Positions 1 through 12,001 of a stretch of DNA of 64,000 bases are shown here, one piece after another. The translations under genes were made by a program, and so were the position numbers. Below the pieces are notes generated by a model. That model ran no database searches, was not told the origin of the DNA, and saw only the letters and a program-made list of their open reading frames with translations. The DNA comes from Trichodelitschia bisporula. Lineage: Eukaryota. The stretch's first letter is position 1. The number at the start of each line of letters is the position of its first letter. The DNA is taken from assembly GCA_010356995.1 (NCBI GenBank), contig ML996704.1, positions 372,001-436,000 of the forward strand, given 5' to 3'.

Positions 1-1558
1 CGCGCGGTACGGACCAGTGACCCTCGAGGAACACACGCGCGAAAAGGCCGAGCCAGACCCAGAACCAGACAATCGTCACAAACAGGGCACCGAACCCCGC
101 AAGGACGAGTGCCGGACTGGCAGCGACGATTTTGCATGAGAATTCGAGCACCTCGACGGCCCGCTCAATCGAGTGACGCGCTTTGATAGACAGGTAGGTC
201 CACATTATGGCGCCGGCGAGGGGGACAAAGGACAAGATACGCATCGCCTTGTCTTGGAAGCTGGCGCCGTGCCAGAAGCCTTTGTAGCTCGACACCAGGG
301 CGAACAGCGAAAAGGAGAAGAATATTACCGGCACTGCAACGAGGATAAGGTAGGTGAGCGGGCGGAGATATGTCCGCAGCAGTGCCAGCCATAGTGCAGC
401 CACTATGACTGCAACAAGCGTGTCGACAGCCAGCAGATGAAACGATGACCTTAACGTAGAGTAAATGGTGTCTCCTAAGGGATTCCTGCCGCTGGGGGGA
501 GCATCTGTATGAAGATAGACGAGAAGCGCGCTTCCGAGCAATGACGCCAGGCAGATCCAGAAGAACGAAGACCAGAACTCGTCGTGTCGCGGGGGTCCAA
601 ATGGCTCCTCCGCCACGCCCGGCGGCACGCTCTCCCGGTCCGGACTTGGTGGGCGGGGGTTTAAGTGCGATGTCTCCTCGTCCGTCTCTTGCGGTATCCA
701 CGTATGCTCACGCGCGATGCCGATGGCGGGGGAGTTTCGAAAGGTCTGAAAGGCGGGCGGATCGTCATCCGATTCCATCTCGTCTCCTTCGATCTCATCT
801 CGCTCCACTGCATCAATACTGCTTCGCTCCGACTCGGACAGCTCAACGTCGACCAGCCTGCCGCGTCCCCTGCTGCTGGCACTGACTTGAGACTCTGCGA
901 TGGTGCTCCGGTCTCGATCGGGATGTTCCGCAACCGACTCCACGCCGCGTGGTCGTCCTCTCTTGGTGCTCTTATCTCCCCGCCACGAACTGCGTATGCC
1001 TCGGCTCGTGCCGTGCGGGCGCTCCTCCTCTGGTTTCCTGTCGTCGACATGAGAGGAATGGTCTGGATCGTCGATTTCGGATGATTCGGTCAGGTTGCTT
1101 GCACCAAAGTAGCGTCTAGACTTTTGTAGGGCATAATAATCCGTCACTTCTCGTTCATGCTCCTCCCCATCGTCCTCTTCCCGGAAATCCTCTGTTGCAC
1201 TAAGGAAGAGTGGTGCCTGTTGTGCAGCGATCCGCGATGCAAAGGGAAAGCGCGAAAGCTGCGAGCCGGAGGGCTGATAAGGGCTCGCCATGGTGTTGCC
1301 GCCCAGCCGTGAAGACCGTAGAGCAGCTCTGGAGGAAGCGCGGGTGCGGTCCGGATGTCGTGAACTATGGGTCGCATCTGGCTGAGAGGCAGTCTGTGAC
1401 TGCGCGAGGAAGCGCGAGGCATCTAGAGTACGAAGAAAAAATGAGCAACCGAATCAGTCACGCGAACGCAGAAGAGCAGGCGTGAGACAAGACAAACAGG
1501 TGGTGCAGGCAACTGATAAGGCTATGGACGACGGGAGCAACTCACACTCTGAAAACAT
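1..1558 (-). CDS. Choline transporter-like (CTL/SLC44, Ctl1/Pns1 family) membrane protein; 3' end runs off the left window edge
   Basis: Not in the ORF track. Spliced by hand: exon 1 1558-1546 (ATG TTT TCA GAG T), GT-AG intron 1545-1423, exon 2 from 1422 giving MFSEYASRFLAQSQ...APLFLSATEDFREEDDGEEHEREVTDYYALQKSRR, then TM segments near the edge (LWLALLRTYLRPLTYLILVAVPVIFFSFSLFALVSSYKG...SIERAVEVLEFSCKIVAASPALVL) matching my recollection of fungal CTL1-type proteins. Frame continuity through the middle was not fully traced. Confidence 0.8.
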
Positions 1559-2238
1559 GGCGCATCTGCCACGAGTAAATGACTTGTGCCTGGTTGCCTT
1601 TTGTGGGGATGTATTGTGTTTCGCTGGATGGGCGAGACGGAGCAGTAGAACGACAGTCGGGCAAAGAGGGGCGTTGGAGGAGTTGTCCGCGGTGGTCGAC
1701 GAGGTTGGGCAGCTCCGGGGGCGGCGGGCGGTGTGTCACGGGCAACGCAAGAGCAAGGCTCCAGGGTTGGGTGCCTTGGGGGACCTGTGACAGTCGTCAG
1801 GACTAGTGAGATAGAGTGCTGCTGCGTGTGGGTGGGTGTCTGCCTGGGATGTATTTATGATGTCGACGATGACGGAGATGACAATGAAGGTAGATAACAA
1901 CTGCAGGCGATGTCGGCTTCAGAGGGTGAGAGGTTTGAGAAAGGGAGAGAAGAGGAAGAGAGGTGTTTGTAGGAAGCGAGAAAGAGTCAACGATGCACAG
2001 CGTCACTTCTGCTTCACTGCAAACAAAAGTACGACATTTCACTGCTCTATCACCCTCTGTGCTGCCTACCCGCGCTTCCCTCTCTCTCTCTCACCAGCCT
2101 GTCGGAGACGGTCGAGAGCGGATGAAGCGCGAGCACGTGACGCTCTCTGACGCAACTTAGCTGAAAGAAGTTTAGTGGCAGCGGCTTTTACCAGCTTGGC
2201 CGGTGCCTTATGCGCCCCGAAGTTCCGATCATGGAGCT

Positions 2239-2281
2239 AGCCACAGCTTGAGCCACAGCTTGAGCCACAGCTTGAGCCACA
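2239..2281. repeat. 12-bp tandem repeat (AGCCACAGCTTG x3.5) in the divergent CTL/Rab intergenic region
   Basis: Directly visible exact tandem copies. Confidence 0.95.
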
Positions 2282-2637
2282 TATATGTACGGTACAGCCA
2301 CATCAACTAGCCATTCACCAGCCACCACCATATTATCTCTTGGCGTCCAAAGCGTCATGTGCGGCGCATCACATGCTCCGACACGACGAATGACGGAAAA
2401 GGTGCCACCTCGTCAAGCTGGCAACAGCTCGACAACTCACCAACTCAACCACCAAATACTTCCCCATCATCACTCCTTTGTCCTGTTCCAACACCCCATC
2501 CATCCTCGGCTCCCCTTCGTGCAGCTCCCACCCGCTTCCATCTCTTTGTCCGGCGTCTTTATCCTCCACATATCCACTTTCAAGGCTGTACCACTTCCGG
2601 GAACCGCCCATCAAACCTCACACGACTCCACCATCCC

Positions 2638-3462
2638 ATGTCGCAGCCATGGGACTACATCGCCAAAGTCGTCTCCCTAGGCGACTCCGGCTGCGGTAAA
2701 TCGAGCCTGACGATCCGTCTCTGCGAAGGCCGTTTCTCTCCACACCATGACGTCACCATCGGCGTCGAATTCGGCTCGCGGATCGTGCCCGTCGGGCCTC
2801 CAGCCTCGCACGACCTAGGTGTCAACGACCCGGCCGTCACGATCCCACAAGGACACTCTTCAACAGCCATACCACACAAGGGTAACGAGAAGCCCAAGTC
2901 CGATGAGAAGCAAAAGTACATGAAGCTCTCGCTATGGGATACCGCAGGCCAGGAGACCTACAAATCCATCACACGGTCATACTTCCGCGGCGCGTCGGGC
3001 GCGCTACTCGTCTTTGATATCTCGCGCCGGGCAACGTTTCTATCGGCGACTGCGTGGTTGCAGGACCTGCGGCAAATAGCAGATGAAAACATCATCGTCG
3101 TGCTCGTGGGCAACAAGTCGGACCTAGCATCGGACTCGGTCGCCGAATCTGAATCTGGAGACAGTAGTCGCGCGAACCAGCGCTCTGTTTCGAAGTCCGA
3201 GGCGCTTGAATGGTGTCGCGCAAACGGCGTGCTAGGCTACGTGGAGACGTCAGCGAAGAGCGGGGCTGGTGTTGAGCGGGCGTTCCTCGAGGTTGCGGAA
3301 CGAATATATCAGAACATTGAGGCGGGGCGGTATGATTTGAACGACCGGCGCAGCGGGGTAAAGAGCGCAGGCGCAGTGAACGGTGGGAACAGCGCAAGGA
3401 TAAACCTGGGGATGAATGACGGTCCAGGAGGGACGGCGAAGCGTGCAGGGGGATGTTGTTAG
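2638..3462 (+). CDS. Rab-family small GTPase (Rab2/Rab4/Rab14-like), intronless, 274 aa
   Basis: Start taken at MSQPWDYIAK; P-loop GDSGCGKS, effector HDVTIGVEFG, WDTAGQE, RSYFRGA, GNKSD, ETSAK, C-terminal GGCC geranylgeranylation motif; ~45-aa low-complexity insertion between switch I and WDTAG. Confidence 0.95.
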   Translation: MSQPWDYIAKVVSLGDSGCGKSSLTIRLCEGRFSPHHDVTIGVEFGSRIVPVGPPASHDLGVNDPAVTIPQGHSSTAIPHKGNEKPKSDEKQKYMKLSLWDTAGQETYKSITRSYFRGASGALLVFDISRRATFLSATAWLQDLRQIADENIIVVLVGNKSDLASDSVAESESGDSSRANQRSVSKSEALEWCRANGVLGYVETSAKSGAGVERAFLEVAERIYQNIEAGRYDLNDRRSGVKSAGAVNGGNSARINLGMNDGPGGTAKRAGGCC

Positions 3463-4286
3463 TTTGAACGCATTTGACGAGCGAAGCATGTTGTATCAAG
3501 GGGAGTTGTGGCGTTGGCGGGCGCCGGTCCAGGCGCGGACCATTGCCTTGTCCAGGAACGGAAATATCGCATCCATGATTTTGCGCCCATCTCAGCCGCC
3601 TACCGTACCCTCGCGAACCGTCGCTCCGTGCATCCAAAGGGGCGTCATACGGTCAATCACTCAAAATCCGGGGCAGCAATCGGCCCCTCACCCCCCCCCG
3701 CGCCTTGGTCTTGCTGCCGTCACAATCGTATAGTTACCTCATCTCGCGCCCCCGCGCGCCTATCACCTCCGCCAGCCACAGCCAGCATGCGCCGATCCCA
3801 CCACAACGTCGCTTGATTCACCGCGGCTGGCATGGCGTACGCCGCGCCCATTCTTCTACTTACCGTACACGGTTCAGGCGTGTGGCGGGATGAAGGCCCG
3901 TGAGTTCCGATGGTGTGGAGGCGAACGCGGGGTCGGATATACTCCGTTACCGCCAATCCCACCTTGCGAAGTCGCAGATGTTGGGCTGCGACGTAGGTGA
4001 TGAACTGATCCTCCCGCGGAAACGGCGTTTGTCGCTCGCGCTGAGTGGCTGAGTGGTGCGCCAAGTCTGGCGCGTGTTGTCCCGATTTGGCGCGGCGGCC
4101 CGATTAGGCAGGTTGGATTATGGGATGGGGTATTTGAGTTGGAAGGTGGGATTGAGGTGTTGGTGTGTGCTTTTGAAGCTCTTGTTACGTATTGGGCTTA
4201 CTTGAGGGTTTGGCTTTGCGTTCTACGAGCGGCTTTCAGACCCTTGAGCTTTGCCTGGCAAAAACTCGAGTTCGCACATCAGTGGC

Positions 4287-4399
4287 TGCTAGAAATAGAG
4301 CTTGGTTGCTAGAAATAGAGCTTGGTGATACATTAGAGCGCGGCTCTGGTGATCATACATGCAGGGTCAAAAATGCATTTCTGCAAAAATGCATTTCTC
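4287..4399. repeat. Two short tandem duplications downstream of tRNA-Ala: TGCTAGAAATAGAGCTTGGT x2 (4287-4326) and CAAAAATGCATTTCT[G/C] x2 (4368-4399)
   Basis: Directly visible. Confidence 0.9.
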
Positions 4400-4407
4400 C
4401 AAAAAGC

Positions 4408-4495
4408 TGGACGCGGAGGGAATTGAACCCCCGACCGTTCACAATATTGCATGGGGAAATGCAAAGCGAAAATCATACCCCTAGACCACGCGCCC
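4408..4495 (-). tRNA. tRNA-Ala(UGC) with 16-nt intron (4444-4459)
   Basis: Reverse complement folds as cloverleaf: acceptor GGGCGCG/CGCGTCC with the Ala identity pair G3:U70, discriminator A, anticodon arm TTCGC-TT-TGC-A-[intron]-T-GTGAA, T-arm GGGGG-TTCAATT-CCCTC, followed by a T5 Pol III terminator (4405-4401). Confidence 0.95.
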
Positions 4496-4775
4496 TTGCA
4501 GCTTCCGAAAGTTGAATGAAAACCCTGGAAAAACCATACATAATGTCATCAAAATATGGCCTTTTTTGCTCATAGAGCACGTGGATCACCTATCCAATGG
4601 CAGGTCCTATTCCATGCTCGACGCCAGGTCAAAGATTCAATTATCTCCACCATTCGTACATCGCCACTCCGCATCCCCGTAGGCTATCCCCACACCAGGC
4701 TCTCTCGCTGAACCCCGCACGCCACATAGCACAAATCACCCCATTAGCCCAACGTGGCGATCCAGGCGCGCGCTT

Positions 4776-5340
4776 GATCGGCATGGAGTGCAGGATCGGC
4801 ATGGAGTTCAGGAAGGGTAAAGCGAAGAGCACGTATAGACGAGATCCCGAATAGATGAGACATGGTGCGACGTCAATGCGGGGGAGCACGAAGACGGGCC
4901 AACCATGCATCTACCCCCGCTCTCTGAGCTACTCTTCTCGCCTACCCCCGCGGGCGTGCAGGACCGAAGCGAGCGCGAACACACGAGACATGGCGGGGAC
5001 CGGCACTGGCACACCCCATATGGGGGAGACGAGGGCGGGGAGCTGTGATGCCCCTCTCGCCCCACGGGGTGAAGTGAGGAGCATACATAGACGAGACATG
5101 GCGCGGGGACCAGCACGCCCTATGCGGGGCAGCAGATGAAGACGGGGAGCCGCGCGCCTGCTCCACTTCCTAGCTACCCCTCAGTGGCCGCTTCCCCCGC
5201 CGCGGCGTGCAGGATCGAAGCGAGGAGCATGAACAAACGGCAAATGACGCGGGGCCCAACGCGGGGGCGGAGTAGCACTCCGAAGACGGGACAGCCGCGC
5301 GCCTCCTCCGCCCCTCCCCCGCTCGAGGCTCGCGTGTAAC
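4776..5340. repeat. Degenerate tandem array of about four 115-150-bp units
   Basis: Recurrent blocks GAAGCGAG(GA)GC...ACGAGACATGGCG(CG)GGGGACC and GAAGACGGG..AGCCGCGCGCCT.CTCC starting near 4820, 4965, 5070 and 5217. Confidence 0.7.
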
Positions 5341-6558
5341 CACACTCCGGATGGCAGGCCAGTTATCCGCAGCGGGGGTAACTGGCCCTGCATCCGTTCC
5401 CCTAGACCCTGGTGGCTTGCTTCTAAGGCTAGCCAGCCTATCCGCACCTGGCCAGCCTGCCAGCCTATCCGCACTGGCGCCACGGTCTGCGCCTTTCCTT
5501 CGTATGGGGCTCCGCGCTGCGCGGGGTTCGCCTTTGCGCTGCGATGCTGCCTGCCACCCCCACGCTTGGACACGGACCCGGATAGGCTGGAAGTGACGTG
5601 TCACAGGACGGCGTGGGCTGGGAGTTGAGACCTGTTTCTCGGGTTTAGGGGAGGGGTATGGCTGGTTAGGGAACGGGAATGCCGATGGAGGGACTGAGAG
5701 ACTGGGTGGTGGTCAGGGGATGGTGGTGAGGGGATAGTGATGAGGGGTTCGGGGGCGTGTCGGGGCAGTTAGTGGAGGGCGGCTGGAGGATGAGCTGATG
5801 ATGGGCGGGACGGCATATGTCCCGTTGAAATGGCGTGCGGGGCTCCGTGTAGGGGCGTGGGCTGAGGAGCGGAGGGACGGAGATGGGGAAGACTGGTGCG
5901 CTTACCTAGAGGTTGATTTTGTGGCCGGGTGATGACTCGGGCTGAGGAGTAGGAATACTGAAGGGCAATGATACTGGAGCAGGAGAGGGGATTGAGTTTG
6001 GAGATTGCATTTATGGCCAGATGATTAGTGATCTGCCCATTTCAAGAGTCTCGACCAGCTCCAACGAGCCAGTGAGTAGCTAATGTACGGAGGATGATAG
6101 CGAGCATCGCAAACCAAGGAAAAGGGGATGCCGTCGTGACAACTAAGAAGAAGACTACGCCGCCGTATACACCCGTCCAACAAAAGGGGAATATCCCACC
6201 CAAACGCAAGGAGACCCAGAGCAGCGTTCGTATTCTGACCCGTCCAAAAAGACCCTGAAGAAACCTCATGCTGATGCTGATGCTTTTGTTGTTTGATTCC
6301 GCTTATTCCCCGTCCAAAAAGGCGCCCGTCGCTGAAACCCGTCGTTATGCTTGAAGTGGAAAGTTCCCGCGAAGCCTGAGGGAAAGCGCCCGTCTCTTGA
6401 TCGTGAAGGAGGAAGGTGAGGCCTCCTCCGTCTGTAAGATCCGCCATCCATTCCGCGCCAAAGTTCCCTTGTCCCATCCTATCCCTTCCCACCCTATCCA
6501 GTTCCCTTAGCAAAATCTCAATCCCAAACGAACCCGGCATTGTCGGTATGATGCCCCG

Positions 6559-7077
6559 TCATCCCCTCCTAGCCCGCTTCGCGCCCCTCACGGGCAGCGA
6601 CGGGATGTCGCCCAGCTCCCACGGCCGCCTGCGATTGCTCGAGGCAGCAAGCGAAGGCGACGACGTACTCGCAGCCGCGACGACCCGTTCCCGCTCCTTC
6701 TCGCGAACCGCCTTCTCACGGGCCTCCTTCTCATGCTCCCTCTCTCTGGCGGCCCTCTCCTCACGCTCCTTCTCCTTCTCCTGCTCCCTCACCCGCTCCT
6801 TCTCCTTCCCCTCCTCCTCCTCCCGCTCCTCCCGCTCCCTAGCCTCACTCCTCTGCTTCGCCTTGAGCTCCGCATCCGCCACACGCTGCCGCCCCTTGCA
6901 CTTTTCGCAGATGTCGTCCACGGCCACGCTGCCCGTCTCGTACCACGTCGATCCGCACGCATCCAGGGTGGCGTTGTAAGTCTCGCAGAACTCGACCCAT
7001 ACCCAGCGCGGGAAGTCGTCGTCTTCTGGCTCGATTTCGTGGCAGCAGCGGAAGACGAAATAGACCCGGGCGCACAT
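6559..7077 (-). CDS. Small hypothetical protein (172 aa): N-terminal Cys/His motif (MC-x8-CCH...C...C...CEKC) plus Glu/Arg/Lys coiled coil
   Basis: ATG-initiated ORF with protein-like N-terminus, a putative metal-binding Cys pattern typical of small fungal orphan proteins, and a basic C-terminal tail (RGAKRARRG). Confidence 0.65.
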   Translation of the reverse strand: MCARVYFVFRCCHEIEPEDDDFPRWVWVEFCETYNATLDACGSTWYETGSVAVDDICEKCKGRQRVADAELKAKQRSEAREREEREEEEGKEKERVREQEKEKEREERAAREREHEKEAREKAVREKERERVVAAASTSSPSLAASSNRRRPWELGDIPSLPVRGAKRARRG

Positions 7078-10000
7078 CGGGTTGGTTGTAGTGCGGGGGC
7101 GAGCGTGTGGAGTGAGGGTAAAGGGCTTGAGGTTGAGAAGACGGCCGGGTAGAAGACGGGAACTCCTGTAAGAGGCTGACGGGGGCCGCCCAAGTAAAGG
7201 TGGTGAGAGAGAACGTGATGAAGGTCTGCGGTGCGGGCTAGCGTTGACAGATGCGCGAAAGCTAAATAGGTTGTGTAGCAGCAGCGGAGGCGGTGGTGAT
7301 TTTGGCTGGCTGCCAAATCCGCGGGTCCGGGATTCGAAGTTTTGATATCAGCCCGACAAAAGCGTTAAAATTTTAACAGTGGAGTTGGTGGCGGGCCTAA
7401 TAGTCCTCCTGAAGGCGTACTCCGATCGAAGTAAAAGTGTATTGTGGTATCACATATTACCGCGCCATGCGGTGCCAAATAATCGCACCAGAAGGGAAAG
7501 GCTTTCGGTGAATAAGGCGGGATTGTCGTTCGCTTTCCAAAAACATGTCCCAAAAATGTTGTTCCAAGGAGTGGGCTCCCGAAAGGGCCAAGCACACGCG
7601 ACGAAAAGACAGGACCAAGTGCTATCGAGAACGATCAGAGTCCAGCACGGCCTCCCAGCCTGGTTATGAAGCTTAGCAATTCAACTCGGCGTGCACACCA
7701 TGTAGCGTGGCTTCAGGTGAAGAAATGCGCGCCCATTTGTCCCCAAAACGCCCAACCTTGCATATTCCCTACCCGCCCTTGAGGCCACGGGTAAGAAGCT
7801 CTCAGCGGGCGTAGCCGTCGCCCTTGGGGGAGGGGCCGGGCCTAGCGGCCAATGGTGACGGGTGTGGAGGCCCCTCCTCAGGCTGGAGAAAGAGTTGGGG
7901 TGCCTAGGGCTTCGCTCGCCGTGTGCACGGTAGGTATGCGTAGCGGCCTGTCGCCTGTTTAGTGGACGCGGGCCGCTGCAAGGAGCTTGGCAGGGAAAGC
8001 GCTCTTTCGGCTTGCTTCAGGTGTTCGGCCTCGTTGGTAGGGAAGAGTATATTTCGGTGAGCTTGCCGAGCGGGACGCCTCCTCCAAGGGTCCTTGGCCG
8101 TACTGGCGCTGAGGGGCTGTGAAAGACCCATGGGGGAAAGCAAGCGACCACACTGGTGCGGATCCAGGCCCGGTGGTCATGCATCAGAAATGCGTCCTGC
8201 GGATCACCAAGAGGAGACGGTGCAACGCTGAATTACGCAACTCGCTCGGTGGGACGATCCTTGCAGAGGAAGCAGCTGCGGGCTGGCCAGGGGACATCTG
8301 TCGATTGGAGCCGCAAAAAAGCCCTTTGGTCAATGACTGGATGTGCCTGCGTCGGGACGATGCTGAAGAAAAAAAACGGCCGATTTTGCTGAATCCTAAG
8401 CGACCTTCGACGGGCACCAGTCCCTAGCTGCATTAGTTTTAGCAGCAACATCATACCGGTACCGAAGTGTACAGTAGCGGCTTGCCGCGGTAAGAGCCGA
8501 ATGTTTGAGGCGCACAGGCGCCGCGTGGCTTCCGTGTACGTCAGAGCCGACTAGCGCATCGTTTTCTTTCTCTCATCGAGGGATAAATTGAGGATCGCCA
8601 GTAGTTTCTCGAGCGGATACTAGACCGTGGAGTACAAACTTTGTGAGCAACCGGCGAGCCATGATGATGGGAAGAGATGGCGCCGGAGCATCCAGCATCC
8701 ATTCGACGAATAGCAAACGTGAGGGCATGACTCCACGGACCAAGAAGACGTCGTACAGCGATCATGCACGACCCTGTTTTACCGTAAGGAGGTGGCACAG
8801 CATGAGTAGGAGGCTGCAGTAGCTGGTTCGCGCAGCGCGAGCTCGATATCGGCAGGGCCGAAGGAGAGAGAGCGTGGAACGCGAAAAGATTGAGAGCTTG
8901 GAGCTGGATTTGCGCGAGAATGGAATGTCGAAAAGCCGGATGTTGGATGGTTGGACAGTTGCAGTGGTGTGGGAGAAAAGAGTGTGCTTGACAAGGGGGA
9001 GGGACATGAAGATGGCTTTGTTGGTGGCTGAATGAGGTGCCGTCACCATCGTGCTCGCAAAGATCCGTGGCACCCGCATCGCCCACGCATCCGCAGCGCC
9101 TTTTTCCCCCCCCACGACCTTCCGAGAAGTCGAGCTTTGGTTCCGAATGGGGGCGTGCGGCCTTTGTGGCGTGGCGTCCGGCCGGCTTGACTAGTCCGGG
9201 GAAGCGGGAGGCAGCTTTTGGTGCCCGTTTCTCTTCGCAGGGAAGACTGTACGGTAGCCAGTAACATAGGGAGCTCCCTTGTCCTGATTCGCGCCTCGAG
9301 CCTTGTGCCAGACCGACGACAAGTCAACATCCATTGCGCCTTTTGGACAATTTTTGCTCAAGTTCGAGCGCGCTGGTGGTTGTATTCTACCACTGTGTTC
9401 ATTGATCGGAATTCTGGGGAGAACTAGTGATGTTGCGTGCGGCGGGAGCCTTCCTGCAGCGATATTTTTACGCCTGCGTCGTGTCCAATTCCCTTGCATC
9501 TACGGTAGGTACGGGCTGCAGTTTGGGTCAATCCTCTTGCAGAACCGATTTGGTAGGCGATAATCAAGGAGTGGAGTCGGAGCGGGAGCTACGCAGCCGA
9601 ACGGCGACCTCGGGCCTTAGAATAGTCTGCATAGTTCCATTTTCGGGAGCCCGTGGGTTGGCAGCGCCACCCGTTGACAGCATACCGTAATTATTGTGCC
9701 TGGGGCTTGAGAGGCATCATTACGACCGTTTGATTCACTTCCGCCGTGGCAACCCCTCAATGAGACATCCTAGACGCCGTCCGACTCAAGCTGTTGCCCA
9801 GGCGCCAAAGACGCGCCGGACGACGCGCACAGGCAACCGGCTGCGACCAGAGAGTGGGGGAGGGGGAAGCGGGGTAGGTTCTAAAAGCCTAGGGCGGTGG
9901 CTGCTGCTTGGCTGCAGCTGCGCAAGAAGCAGGAGGCTTCTTTCGGAAGGCTGACTGTGCGATTGTGGTGCACTTCCGCATGCTGGCCACGACAGGCTGG

Positions 10001-11683
10001 AGGGGCAGCCAAATCTTCGGATCGGTGTTGCATCCAGCGTCCGCGCCAGCATGCGCAACCCGGGATGTGACTGGCTCTGATGTGAAGTGGTAAGTGGACA
10101 CGCAGAGAACGCGTTGACTTGGGCCACCTGTCCTGCATTGGTCGTGAAGCCAGCATCACAATGGCTGGTGGATATTGCTAAGAAAACGCTCGTTGTGACA
10201 TAATGCCGAGCTCGATTGCCCGGATCACTAGTCCACTGCGCGACTGCCGTGATAATTGTTGTCTCGTGTCCGTGGATGAATTACCAATTCCAAGCAGCAT
10301 TACATCGTATCCGCTACTGTGATTTGAGTAAAGCCGTCAGTCCTCTCTTAACGATAGCCGCTGTCGAGGAGTAACTGGTTCCCTGCGCCGTTAGCAGAGA
10401 TTGACCATTCTGAAACGGGAAAATGCAGCACGTGCCATACGCGACGTCGTCGCCAGTCAACCTCTTCGCGGCCGAGAAAGTGGAGGCTCCATACGGCTCT
10501 CCTCACACGCCATATCAGGAGGAAGCGGCAATAGCTTCCGTCTTGCTGTTGAGAGCACCGATGGACAACACGTATTTGTCAAGCGATAGAGTCCGCTCAG
10601 TACTATCATGACTTCAGGCACAGGACAAGCCACTTGTGGTACTGGGTTTGCTGATAGACGAGACGATAGGAGCCGCGCGTGTGCGCCAAAGCCACATGAA
10701 GGCTTGGAGAGACAGGTTGCAGTGATCGTCCCGTCCTCCAGCGGAAGTTTCCCCAATACCATGTCGGCCCGAGGGCAGTGGCCCTAGCACTGGGGCTTAT
10801 TCTTGCATGGAAAAAGCAGCCTTATCAGAGAACTCGGGTGTTTGGAAACGTGGTGCGGGCGGGTGTGTAACCGATATGCATCGCGGCCTTTGCCCAGGCA
10901 AACAGATAGCGAAGTGAATGCACGTTTCAGCGGTGTGTCTTTGGGGTACATCCGTATATCCTACAGAATCTGGTCTGCTTGGTGGTTGCTGAAGTCAAAC
11001 GCGGTATGTTCGCAACACCGGGCTCTTCTTGCCTGTGAAGATGGGAGGAGGATTTTAGCATTTTCCTGGCGGCATATCATTGCAAGCGACTCTTCACATG
11101 GGGTGACTGCTGCAAGTCCTTGACCGTTGACGGCGCTTGAGGAGGTCAACCGTGAATATCCACGCGCTTCTTATTCTTCAACACTTTGCGAGAGTACATG
11201 GAAATTTGCAAGATAGGGCGAGGAGGCAAAGAAGAGGTTGTGGTCCCAGGAGGTGTACGTTGTAGACCAAATGGGTGTGTCAAAATTTGATGTGCCCCGA
11301 GCACTTACGTGGTACCGTACAAGCGTAGTCGAGTGTGGCACAGGCGAGCAAACATAGCCACACCCGGCCCGAGGGCCAGCCGAAAAGATTGCGGCCGCTT
11401 TGCCCGAGCGTCGTCCCGGATGGGGCAGCCACGACCTTTTCGGCTGGCCCGTAGCCCCCTTCGATAAGTCGCACCTGTCACCAGTCGACCCTTCCGAGCA
11501 CTTAGAACTCCACTCATAGCATCACCAACTAAGTACTTGATGAGTAATCTTTACCTAAACTAATTAGATTGCAGGTGTCGATTTAAGGTGTCGATATAAG
11601 AGATTTGAGGCTGTCCAGGTAGTAGATCCCATCGCAAGAGCCCTCGACGCCCTCATAAAGCTAAGCAACTTATTTGAGATTCT

Positions 11684-11747
11684 CGCTATGCTCCTTGGTC
11701 CGTACGAGGCACGTGCGCTATGCTCCATGGTCCGTATGAGACACGTG
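11684..11747. repeat. 32-bp tandem duplication, each copy ending in CACGTG
   Basis: CGCTATGCTCC[T/A]TGGTCCGTA[C/T]GAG[G/A]CACGTG x2, three mismatches, ~250 bp upstream of the WD40 gene start. Confidence 0.9.
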
Positions 11748-12001
11748 ATGCTTACAAATGTAAAGGGTTCTCCAACTACCTTGCTAACCTCGCTAATTCA
11801 CCAGAACTAGACTTTAAGGAGATTAACGAATGTAAAACACGTAGCCCATGAAGACTTCATACCTTAAAGCTTCAACCGTACCCCTTCTACACAACTCCTC
11901 CACTCATTACGGTGTCTACGTTTACGATTTCCCTACTAATTTTGGGCGTAAGATTCGATTCCCGGGATTGAATCATTCTTTAATGTTCTTTTAAGGTCTT
12001 C

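Noticed and set aside
2359..2637. 93-aa N-terminal extension of the Rab ORF
   Set aside because: Non-ATG start and C/T-rich leader-like sequence; the Rab fold begins at MSQPWDY (2638).
10401..10589. Short ORF faintly like a fructosamine-kinase N-lobe (SGGSGNSFRL..GQHVFVK)
   Set aside because: Only 62 aa, non-ATG start, immediate stop and no downstream kinase motifs found; likely chance.
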